Both the position numbers and the translations under genes were made by a program. DNA of 39,458 nt. Source: a virus (lineage: Duplodnaviria > Heunggongvirae > Uroviricota > Caudoviricetes). Shown here piece by piece: positions 16,640-24,963 of the stretch. Position 1 is the first letter of the stretch. Each line of letters begins with the position of its first letter. The stretch lies in IMG/VR virus record IMGVR_UViG_2698536397_000026; one strand, written 5' to 3'. Under the pieces are notes generated by a model. That model made no database searches, was not told the DNA's origin, and was given only the letters and a program-made list of their open reading frames with translations.

Positions 16640-17954
16640 TTTAGGTTATGCCGCCACCCTTCCCTCAAAAGAGGCGGTGGCATACTTCCGCGCCAAAGGG
16701 GCGCATATCAGCTGGAACTGGTTCGAAACAGACGCGGATGTTCATGCCCGTTCATTCACGGCGGCAAGAGTGGCACGCCTGGACGTACTGACCACACTAC
16801 AGGCGGAAGTGCAGCGTGCTGTTGATGAGGGGATTTCACAGAAAGCATTTATCAGCACGCTGACACCCCGCCTGCAAAAGCTGGGATGGTGGGGAAAACA
16901 GATTGTGGTGGACAGCGCCGGTAACGCAGAAGAAGTGCAGCTGGGCAGTCCCCGCCGTCTGGCGCTGATTTACAACGTGAACACCCGTGTGGCTTACAAT
17001 GCCGGGCGTTACACGCAGATGATGAACAACACGGACACGCATCCGTTCTGGCAGTATGTGGCGGTGATGGACAGCCGCACCCGCCCGGCGCATTCCGCTC
17101 TTAACGGTCTGGTATTCCGCTATGACGATCCGTTCTGGAATACACACTACCCACCCAATGGCTGGAACTGTCGCTGCCGTGTCCGGCCATTGTCTCAGGC
17201 CCGTCTGGATGCAATGGGGTTATCCGTTTCATCCGGTCAGGATCATCTCTCCACCCGCAATGTTGAGGCTGGCGTGGATAAGCAGACCGGGGAAGTCAGA
17301 GAAATGCCGGTGACCACATATTCAGATGGCACCAGAACCATGACACCGGATGTGGGCTGGTCATATAACCCCGGTTCGGCGGCGTTCGGCACAGACCAGG
17401 CGCTGATCCGTAAACTGATCGAGGTGAAAAGCCCGGCGCTGCGGGAAATGGTGGTTCAGGAGATGAACAACAGCCCGGAGCGGCAACTGGCGTTCCGCAT
17501 CTGGGCAAAAAACATCATGAAAACCCGGCGAGGCGGTAACGATATCCGCACGCTGGGCTTTATGACCGAAAGCATTGCGCAGGCGGTGGAAAGCCGGACG
17601 GGAACGCCACCGGCCCGCCTGCTGGCGATGAGCGGTAAAAATGTGCTCCATGCGGACAGCATGAAACATCAGAATGACGGTATCGCCCTGACGCCGGAGG
17701 ATTTCGGGCGCTTACCGGCAATGCTGGCAAGGCCAAAAGCGGTACTGTGGGACAAACGGCACAACAATCTGATGTATATCGTGGAAAATCAGGATGGCAG
17801 TGTGCAGATTGCCGTTAATGCACCGTACAGCCTGAAGCGTCAGCCGGATAAACTGGATGTGATTGTTAATGCTTACCGGGTTATCAATATGGATAAGCTG
17901 AAATCGGATATCCGGGGCGGAATGCTTGAGGTACTGGAAGGAGATATTGATTAA
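16623..17954 (+). CDS. head morphogenesis protein (Mu F-like)
   Basis: 443 aa, follows portal as in Mu. Confidence 0.6.
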   Translation: MAQGIDLGYAATLPSKEAVAYFRAKGAHISWNWFETDADVHARSFTAARVARLDVLTTLQAEVQRAVDEGISQKAFISTLTPRLQKLGWWGKQIVVDSAGNAEEVQLGSPRRLALIYNVNTRVAYNAGRYTQMMNNTDTHPFWQYVAVMDSRTRPAHSALNGLVFRYDDPFWNTHYPPNGWNCRCRVRPLSQARLDAMGLSVSSGQDHLSTRNVEAGVDKQTGEVREMPVTTYSDGTRTMTPDVGWSYNPGSAAFGTDQALIRKLIEVKSPALREMVVQEMNNSPERQLAFRIWAKNIMKTRRGGNDIRTLGFMTESIAQAVESRTGTPPARLLAMSGKNVLHADSMKHQNDGIALTPEDFGRLPAMLARPKAVLWDKRHNNLMYIVENQDGSVQIAVNAPYSLKRQPDKLDVIVNAYRVINMDKLKSDIRGGMLEVLEGDID

Positions 17955-18075
17955 CGGTCAGTGGCGGGGGTCGAACCCGCATACATGATCCACCCGGAGG
18001 CAGGCACCGACTTTACCAGTTAAGCGTACACTGACCGCCTGTTTATTTTATATTCATCCTTTATGCGGAGGCAAT

Positions 18076-18549
18076 ATGTCATCCATTGATGCCGCTGTCG
18101 TTGTTGACGTTACGCGTCTCCAGCGGGTCTTTGCCCGGCTTCAGTTTGTGGGTGGTGGAAAAGACCTGACCCGCAGTGTGGCGTCCAGCCTTCTGTCATC
18201 GTCAGAAATGGCGTTTGAACAGGAAAAAGAGCCGGACGGCGAACGCTGGCATGACTGGTCAGATCCTTACCGCAAGTGGCGTACCCGTAAGGGATACATG
18301 CCCGGCAAAATCCTGACGCTGAACGGCGATCTGGCCCGACGCCTGACCACGGATTATGGCGATACCTGGGCGCTGATTGGATCAAATGAGCCTTATGCGG
18401 CCATTCATCAGTGGGGGGGGCTGCTAGGTATGCCGCCTGGACCGGCGGCCATTGGTGCACGTCCGTATATGGGCTTTGATCAGGTGGCAGAGCAGGAGAT
18501 CATGGACGAAATCAGAAAACGCTTTAAAAAGGCCACAGAAACGCCTTAA
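18076..18549 (+). CDS. virion morphogenesis protein (Mu G-like)
   Basis: 157 aa; RBS GGAGG; position between F-like and I-like genes. Confidence 0.55.
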   Translation: MSSIDAAVVVDVTRLQRVFARLQFVGGGKDLTRSVASSLLSSSEMAFEQEKEPDGERWHDWSDPYRKWRTRKGYMPGKILTLNGDLARRLTTDYGDTWALIGSNEPYAAIHQWGGLLGMPPGPAAIGARPYMGFDQVAEQEIMDEIRKRFKKATETP

Positions 18550-18725
18550 TTGTTTAAGGTATGCAAATGCATTACCTTACCCCCTTCAGGCGCGTGTCGT
18601 GATTTTCTAACCTGAATTTAACGGGCTTTAAAATCTGCGTGAAGCGCCTTTGTATTTTTCCCCTGAAAGCACTTCCTGAAATCCCGCAAAACCCGCCCTG
18701 AAAATTCCCGGCTTATGCTGCCGGA

Positions 18726-19850
18726 ATGAAGACGAAAAACACGCCCAAACTTGCTTATGCCATTCTGAATGCCATCAGCCTGTCCGCAGACGGGGACGGT
18801 GACTGGTGTCAGATCATGCCAGCCGGTCGGGTAAAGGCCCGTGACGGTCGCCCGGAAAAACCGGCCGAGGGCTGGCTGATCAACCATGCAGCCGTTGAGC
18901 GCATGGTCTCCCGGGTTGTGGCGCTCAATCAGCCAGTGAAAATTGACTACAACCACCAGACCCTGATTAAGGGGCATCAGGCACCGGCTGCCGGTTTTGT
19001 GATGGCCTCACCGGAGAATTTTCGCTTCAGTGAAGAGCGTGGCTTCGAGGTGCGCCCGAAGTGGAACCCTCCGGCCCTTGAACATCTGCGTAATAACGAA
19101 TTCCCCTGGTTTTCACCGGTGATTGGCTATGACGAGAACACCGGCGAACCTGTCGAACTTCGGATGCTGGCTATTACCGGTGACCCCGGTCTGACCGGCA
19201 TGAATCCTGTCGCCGCGCTGTCGGCGGATGACCTTTATAACGCCTTAAACCCTCCTTTAAAGGATACCTCCATGAATGAGCAATTACGCCAGTTGCTGAC
19301 GGCGCTCGGTCTGACCGTGGCTGACGGTGACGAATTTACGCCGGAGCTGGGCACGGCGGCGCTGTCTGCCCTCACCGGGATCAAAACCCGTGCGGATGCA
19401 CACGACAACCTGAAAACACAGGTCGCCAGTCTGTCGGCAGAGCTGGAAACCGCAAAAGGCACACCGGCTGGCGGCAGTATTGATCTGACGAAATACGTGC
19501 CCGTTGAAACGTATAACGCCCTGCGTACCGAATACGTTGCGCTGTCGGCGCAGCACGGCAGCACCACGCTGGAGCAGTTGCTGGACAAGGCTGAATCCGA
19601 AGGGCGCATCTTCAAAAGCGAACGCGGCTATCTGGAACAACTGGGCGGGCAGATTGGCGTTGCGGCACTTTCTGCACAGCTTGACGCCCGCCAGCCGGTT
19701 GCGGCCCTGACCTCTCTTCAGACCGACACCGTGACCGTGCCGGATAAAAAGACTGCCACCGCTGCGCTGTCGGCTGAAGATATCGCGGCCGCCAAACTGC
19801 TGGGTAAAACCGAAGCCGAGTTCCTGAAAATGAAAGAGGAAATGCAATAA
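18726..19850 (+). CDS. head protease / scaffold protein (Mu I-like)
   Basis: 374 aa directly upstream of major capsid gene, Ala-rich C-terminal half. Confidence 0.6.
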   Translation: MKTKNTPKLAYAILNAISLSADGDGDWCQIMPAGRVKARDGRPEKPAEGWLINHAAVERMVSRVVALNQPVKIDYNHQTLIKGHQAPAAGFVMASPENFRFSEERGFEVRPKWNPPALEHLRNNEFPWFSPVIGYDENTGEPVELRMLAITGDPGLTGMNPVAALSADDLYNALNPPLKDTSMNEQLRQLLTALGLTVADGDEFTPELGTAALSALTGIKTRADAHDNLKTQVASLSAELETAKGTPAGGSIDLTKYVPVETYNALRTEYVALSAQHGSTTLEQLLDKAESEGRIFKSERGYLEQLGGQIGVAALSAQLDARQPVAALTSLQTDTVTVPDKKTATAALSAEDIAAAKLLGKTEAEFLKMKEEMQ

Positions 19851-20797
19851 TGCCTACCCCGATTACACCGGCGATGATCACCGCCCTGATGACGGGCTAC
19901 CGTTCTGATTTTCAGGCCGGGATGTCCATGGCCCCGTCGCAGTATAAAAAAATTGCGATGACCGTGCCCTCCACATCGAAATCCAACACCTACGGCTGGC
20001 TGGGGCAGTTCCCGCAGTTCCGTGAGTGGATCGGCTCCCGCGTCATCGAGAAGATGAAAGCCTATGGCTATGCCATCGTGAACAAAACTTTTGAAGGCAC
20101 TGTTGCCATTAGCCGCGATGACTTCGAAGACGACAACCTCGGTATTTATTCCCCGTTGTTCCAGGAGATGGGGCGCGCTGCGGCGGTACAACCGGATGAG
20201 CTGGTCTTTGCTGCCCTGCGTGACGGGATCAGTGCGGCCTGCTATGACGGTCAGAACTTCTTTGATACCGAACATCCGGTTTACCCTAAAGTGGATGGCT
20301 CCGGGGATGCGCAGATGGTCAGCAATATGTTTGTGGCAAAAACCGGCTCTGTCGGCGCACAGGCTGATTACAGCGGTCCGGCCTGGTATCTGCTTGACTG
20401 CTCCCGCGCGGTAAAACCGCTGATTTATCAGGATCGCCGTAAGGCTGAACTGGTTGCCCAGACCAAAGTCGATGAAGGTCGCGCATTCACCGATAATGAA
20501 TTTGTGTTTGGTGCATCCGCCCGTCGCAATGTGGGCTACGGCTTCTGGCAGATGGCCTACATGATGCAGTCACCGCTGACGCTGGATGCACTGTGGCACG
20601 GCTGGTCAGCCATGCGCGAATTTACCGCTGACGGTGGCCGCAAACTCGGCATCAAACCCACCCATATTGTTGTCCCCACCTCGCTGGAAAAACAGGCGGT
20701 GCAGCTGCTGGAGCGTGAACTGTTCGCAGACGGAAACGCAACCGTCTCTAACGAGATGAAGGGCAAGCTGGAGCTGGTTGTCGCGGATTATCTGTAA
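19850..20797 (+). CDS. major head subunit (Mu T-like)
   Basis: 315 aa, TAATG-coupled to scaffold gene; followed by GC hairpin. Confidence 0.65.
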   Translation: MPTPITPAMITALMTGYRSDFQAGMSMAPSQYKKIAMTVPSTSKSNTYGWLGQFPQFREWIGSRVIEKMKAYGYAIVNKTFEGTVAISRDDFEDDNLGIYSPLFQEMGRAAAVQPDELVFAALRDGISAACYDGQNFFDTEHPVYPKVDGSGDAQMVSNMFVAKTGSVGAQADYSGPAWYLLDCSRAVKPLIYQDRRKAELVAQTKVDEGRAFTDNEFVFGASARRNVGYGFWQMAYMMQSPLTLDALWHGWSAMREFTADGGRKLGIKPTHIVVPTSLEKQAVQLLERELFADGNATVSNEMKGKLELVVADYL

Positions 20798-20840
20798 ACG
20801 GTGAGCCGGGCTTACGGCCCGGCCCCTGCGGAGGGCAAAT

Positions 20841-21254
20841 ATGAATGAACATCACACTGTGGCAGCAACAGATGATTCAGGTCTTCAGGTCAGTGGTGAC
20901 AATTCTGTCACGGTGCTGGCAGAAGTGCGTTGCAGTCGTTCGGCGTTTCGTCGTGCGGGGTTCCTGTTCACGCGTGGACGTCAGCAGGTTGAGGTCACCC
21001 CGGAGCAGCTTGCCCGACTGGAGGCGGAGCCATGCCTCACTGTGCGAATACTACAGACGTCTGCTGATGATGCGGGGAGCGTGGCGGGTGTGGTTCATGC
21101 AGTGGCCTGTACAGATTTAGCCGAAGCCGAAGCCGAAGCCGAAGCCGAAGCCGAAGCCGAAGCCGAAGCCGAAGCCGAAGCCGAAGCCGGACAGGATGCT
21201 CCCCGGAAAAAGACCGGTAACAAAGCGAAACAGGCGAAAAAGGCCCGCGCATGA
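20841..21254 (+). CDS. hypothetical head-region protein with (Ala-Glu)n repeat and Lys-rich C-terminus
   Basis: 137 aa; RBS GGAGGG; contains AEAEAEAE... encoded by GCCGAA tandem repeat. Confidence 0.55.
   Translation: MNEHHTVAATDDSGLQVSGDNSVTVLAEVRCSRSAFRRAGFLFTRGRQQVEVTPEQLARLEAEPCLTVRILQTSADDAGSVAGVVHAVACTDLAEAEAEAEAEAEAEAEAEAEAEAGQDAPRKKTGNKAKQAKKARA
21120..21191 (+). repeat. hexanucleotide tandem repeat (GCCGAA) x11 plus one imperfect unit
   Basis: Perfect tandem array seen directly in sequence, in frame within CDS 20841..21254. Confidence 0.95.
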
Positions 21255-21670
21255 ATTACGCCACTGAAACCGATATGCGGGCGCGTTACCGCGAGGATTT
21301 GCTCAGGCCGTTACTGGCTGTGCCCCGTTCGGATGAGCCGGACACGCGCAAGCTGAACCGGGCGCTGACAGATGCGTCAGCCCTTATCGACAGCTATCTG
21401 TCCGCCCGTTACACGTTGCCGCTGGAGGTTATTCCGGCCGTTCTTGTTCAGCACTGTTGCGCGATTGCCTTTTATTACCTGTGCGATCAGCGAGCCTCCG
21501 ATCAGGTGCGTGACCGTTACCGTGAAGCGCTGGCCTGGCTGAAAGATGTCATGAACGGCAATGTGCCGGTCGGTGTGGATACGAACGGTGCGGCCCCTGA
21601 ATCCGGGGATTTACCACTGGTTCAGTCTGATGCAGCGGTATTCGGGCGCAACCAGAAGGGCTTCATATGA
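21251..21670 (+). CDS. head-tail connector / hypothetical (Mu gp36-like position)
   Basis: 139 aa, ATGA-coupled. Confidence 0.5.
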   Translation: MNYATETDMRARYREDLLRPLLAVPRSDEPDTRKLNRALTDASALIDSYLSARYTLPLEVIPAVLVQHCCAIAFYYLCDQRASDQVRDRYREALAWLKDVMNGNVPVGVDTNGAAPESGDLPLVQSDAAVFGRNQKGFI

Positions 21671-22227
21671 TTACGGAAACCGAACAGGCATACATCGCCC
21701 GTATCCGTGAGTATTTCGGGAATGAACTTGTGTCTGTTGACACGCATCCCGGCGACTGGAGCGACGGCGTACTGCGCAGCATGCTGATTAACGCCCCGGC
21801 GATCTACGTTGCCTGGCTGGGTGCCGGTGAAGGCCGTACCCGTGGTCGCCTGGTCAGTCACTGGGTGTTCTACGTCATCGGCGACATGCTCAACGGGCGT
21901 GAGGCCAGCCGTCCCGGACTGTATCAGATTGTGGCCCGGCTGATTGCCGTGCTTAACGGCTTCAGAACAGAAAAAACCTCACCGCTTTACTTTGAAAAGG
22001 CTGTCAACGGTTACACCGAAACCCAGGCGGACAGTGGTGCGGTGATGTATGCGCTTTATTTCTCCTGCGAGGAAATGATCGCACCGCTGACCGATATCAG
22101 CTCGCTGGACGACTTCCTGCGTCATTACGAAACCTTTGTGGGGCCGCCCGGTACGCCGCCGTTTGAGGCACATATTGATTTGCCGGGGAACACGACAACG
22201 GCGGTCGAACCGCCGGAGGAACTGTAA
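21667..22227 (+). CDS. hypothetical head-tail region protein (Mu gp37-like position)
   Basis: 186 aa, ATGA-coupled. Confidence 0.5.
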   Translation: MITETEQAYIARIREYFGNELVSVDTHPGDWSDGVLRSMLINAPAIYVAWLGAGEGRTRGRLVSHWVFYVIGDMLNGREASRPGLYQIVARLIAVLNGFRTEKTSPLYFEKAVNGYTETQADSGAVMYALYFSCEEMIAPLTDISSLDDFLRHYETFVGPPGTPPFEAHIDLPGNTTTAVEPPEEL

Positions 22228-22473
22228 ATGAAAACCATCTTTATCAAACCCGCGCCGGGACGCCTGATTCGTGATCCCGACACAATGCGCCCGCTGGCAC
22301 AGGAGGGGGAGGAAAAGCCCTTTACGCCGTTCTGGTGTCGGCGTCTTGATGACGGCGATGTCATTCAGGCTGAAAAAGCCGCTGAAGAGGCTCCGGCTGT
22401 ATCTGCGGATGCAACGACTGCGACAGAAAAACCGGTCGCCCAACCGGCATCCGATAAGGAGAAACCGCAATGA
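22228..22473 (+). CDS. hypothetical protein (81 aa)
   Basis: ORF between gp37-like and sheath genes. Confidence 0.45.
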   Translation: MKTIFIKPAPGRLIRDPDTMRPLAQEGEEKPFTPFWCRRLDDGDVIQAEKAAEEAPAVSADATTATEKPVAQPASDKEKPQ

Positions 22474-23972
22474 TTAATTTTGACGGGATCGGTAATGACC
22501 GCCGTATACCGCTGATTGAGGTTGAGTTTAATAACTCCATGGCTGTCACCGGCACTCCGGCACAGCGTCAGTGTGTGCTGCTGTTTGGTCAGGCGAGAAT
22601 GAAAGAGAATGCCGTGGACGGTGCCGGTGTTCTGGATGTTCCGGTCAGGATCACCCGTGCGTCTCAGGCAACAGAACTCTGGGGGCGCGGCTCCATGATT
22701 GCCCTGATGGTGGCGGAATTTATCGCCATCAATCCTGATGCTGAACTGTATGCCATTGCTCAGGGGAACGGCACCGGACAGGCAACGGCTGCGGCCATGA
22801 ATCTGACCGGAACGGTCACCCGTGACGGGATTGTTTATGCCTGCGTGGGGGGGCGGCGTTATACACTCCCGGCACCAAAAGGTAAGAAAGGCAAAGAACT
22901 GACCGACGAGCTGGCCGCGCTGATCAATGCCGATCCTGACGCGCCCTTCACGGCCTCCTCTGGTGCAGGAAGTGGTGATAATGGCGCAGGTCTGAAAGGG
23001 TCTCTGGGGATCACCGCCCGCTTTACCGGTGAATGCTCCGTTCATGATGTGCGCCTGAACTATTACGACGGGGAAGCAACCCCGGAAGGAATACAGGTCG
23101 CTATAGCCTATCCGAAACAAAAAGCGGCTAACCCGGATATCACCCGAAGCGTGGCGGGTATGGGCGATCGCCAGTACAACTATGTCGTCATGCCCTATAA
23201 GGATGATGCAAACCTGAAAATCATCAGTGATGAGCTTCTGAAACGCTGGGGACCGGCCAAAATGTCTGACGGCGTGCTGTGGCTGGCACATACCGGCACG
23301 TTTGGTGAGGTGCAGGCATTCGGGGCAAAACGCAATGATTTTCTGGCGACCTGCACATCCATTCCCAAAGCCCCTGAACCGGATTACCTCTGGGCAGCGG
23401 CGGTCTGTGCCACCTGTGCACCCTCTCTGGGAGCAGATCCTGCGCGTCCGCTTCAGACGCTGGCGCTTCCGTCACGCATGGCCCCGGCTCCGGCCGATCG
23501 TCTGACGCGTGAAGAGCGTAACAGTCTGCTGTGGGGAGGGATTGCCACGGTCAGTGTGGCTGCCGGTGATGTGGTTCAGATCGAACGTCAGGTGACCATG
23601 TATCGCCAGAACGTGTACGGCGAAAGTGATCCCAGCTATCTGGATGTGGAAACCATCTACACCCTCTCCTGGCTGCGTTATTCCCTGCGTACTTTTATCA
23701 CACAACGTTTTCCGCGCCATAAACTGGCTGATGACGGGACGCCCGTTCGTGCCGGTCAGAATATCGTGACGCCGGAGATCATGAAGCTTCAGTTAATTTC
23801 GCTGGGTGAAGAGTGGGTGGAACTCGGGCTGGTCGAAAATCTGGACACCTTTAAAAAGAATCTGCTTGTGGAGCGTAATGCGTCAGATCGAAACCGTCTT
23901 GACGTGTTATGCACGCCGGATCTGGTTAACCAGTTCCGCTTCCTGGCAGCACAGATCCGTTTCATTTTGTGA
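22470..23972 (+). CDS. contractile tail sheath protein (Mu L-like)
   Basis: 500 aa; RBS AAGGAG; followed by tube gene. Confidence 0.7.
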   Translation: MINFDGIGNDRRIPLIEVEFNNSMAVTGTPAQRQCVLLFGQARMKENAVDGAGVLDVPVRITRASQATELWGRGSMIALMVAEFIAINPDAELYAIAQGNGTGQATAAAMNLTGTVTRDGIVYACVGGRRYTLPAPKGKKGKELTDELAALINADPDAPFTASSGAGSGDNGAGLKGSLGITARFTGECSVHDVRLNYYDGEATPEGIQVAIAYPKQKAANPDITRSVAGMGDRQYNYVVMPYKDDANLKIISDELLKRWGPAKMSDGVLWLAHTGTFGEVQAFGAKRNDFLATCTSIPKAPEPDYLWAAAVCATCAPSLGADPARPLQTLALPSRMAPAPADRLTREERNSLLWGGIATVSVAAGDVVQIERQVTMYRQNVYGESDPSYLDVETIYTLSWLRYSLRTFITQRFPRHKLADDGTPVRAGQNIVTPEIMKLQLISLGEEWVELGLVENLDTFKKNLLVERNASDRNRLDVLCTPDLVNQFRFLAAQIRFIL

Positions 23973-23980
23973 GGTAAGGC

Positions 23981-24346
23981 ATGAGCGGAAAACAGTATCA
24001 GGGTACGGCCACTATCCGTGTGAACGGTCAGGAATACGAGACGCTTGAGGGGGCTACATTTTCTCCGTCTGGTTTTGAACGTGAAGTGGTGAAAGGCGCG
24101 AAAGTCTATGGTTACCGCCAGAAACCACGTGAAGCGACGCTGGACTGCAAATTTCCGGCAGGCGGAGAAGGTTCACCAGCCGCCGATGAAATCAACAACT
24201 GGACTGCGGTCACTATCGAGTTTGTGGCGGATACCGGCGAAGTCCACATGATGACGAAGGCCTGGAGCAGTGAACCGGCCTCGCTTGACGGTGGCGGGGA
24301 GATCTCCGTGAAGTTCGCCAGCGCCTCCAGTACCCGTGTTCAGTGA
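23981..24346 (+). CDS. tail tube protein (Mu M-like)
   Basis: 121 aa directly after sheath; RBS GAGGTAAGG. Confidence 0.65.
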   Translation: MSGKQYQGTATIRVNGQEYETLEGATFSPSGFEREVVKGAKVYGYRQKPREATLDCKFPAGGEGSPAADEINNWTAVTIEFVADTGEVHMMTKAWSSEPASLDGGGEISVKFASASSTRVQ

Positions 24347-24360
24347 TCAGGAAAAATAAA

Positions 24361-24837
24361 ATGACCACACGTAAGAAAAAAACGGCAGTTTCCGAGGCAG
24401 CCGTGATGGAGGCAATCCGGGAAGCACTTGAGGGGGCTGATCCACGCACTGCCGGGCTGACAGAGCAACTGGCAAAGGGATATGTGGATCTGCTTGATGG
24501 TCTGCCGTTTGGTGAGACCCGTGAATATCGTGTCACGTTCCGGGAACTGACAGCGAAAGACAGTATTGACGCAGAAGCAGAAGCCGAGCGCGTGGTGGAG
24601 ACAAACAATGGCCCGATGCTGATAGCGTCTCCGTCGTTACGCGGTGTTGCACTGCTGCGCCGTCAGATTGCCGCAGTGGGAGACATTGAAGGTCCGTTGT
24701 CACCCCGTCAGATTGGACAGTTAAGCGAGCGCGATCTCTCCCGCCTGATGGCAGCGGTCAGCCTGCTGGATACCGCGCTTGCCGGAAAGCTGGCAGCTGA
24801 CCGGGGGCGATCAGGCGCAGTGTCGGGATCAGATTGA
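24361..24837 (+). CDS. tail assembly chaperone-like protein (Mu gp41-like position)
   Basis: ORF between tube and tape measure; start at ATG 24361 (track GTG 24343). Confidence 0.5.
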   Translation: MTTRKKKTAVSEAAVMEAIREALEGADPRTAGLTEQLAKGYVDLLDGLPFGETREYRVTFRELTAKDSIDAEAEAERVVETNNGPMLIASPSLRGVALLRRQIAAVGDIEGPLSPRQIGQLSERDLSRLMAAVSLLDTALAGKLAADRGRSGAVSGSD

Positions 24838-24963
24838 AGAAGCGGCAATTATCCTGGGGATGGTGACAAAAAGCGGTCCGGAATGGGCGCTTAACCTCCC
24901 CCTGTCGCAACTTTACCGGCACTGCCGACAGACAGAAAAAATCATCAGAACGAAGCAGTAAGT

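Noticed and set aside
17955-18037. Possible tRNA gene on the minus strand (T-arm-like GCGGGTTCGACCCCCGC with flanking acceptor-like inverted repeat)
   Set aside because: I could not find a D-arm or anticodon stem with acceptable pairing; annotated only as a structured element or tRNA-like remnant.
21120-21191. Tandem repeat array as CRISPR
   Set aside because: 6-bp units with no spacers, in frame inside a coding sequence; a microsatellite, not a CRISPR array.
22365-23291. 308-aa minus-strand ORF
   Set aside because: Lies antisense to the tail sheath gene in a GC-rich region; Arg/Gly/Cys-rich composition typical of antisense frames; no RBS context.
24779-24961. Overlapping ORF after the tail-chaperone-like gene as a programmed frameshift extension (as in many tail assembly chaperones)
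   Set aside because: The downstream ORF is in the +1 frame rather than -1, and I see no slippery heptamer at the overlap; it may be a separate small gene or spurious.
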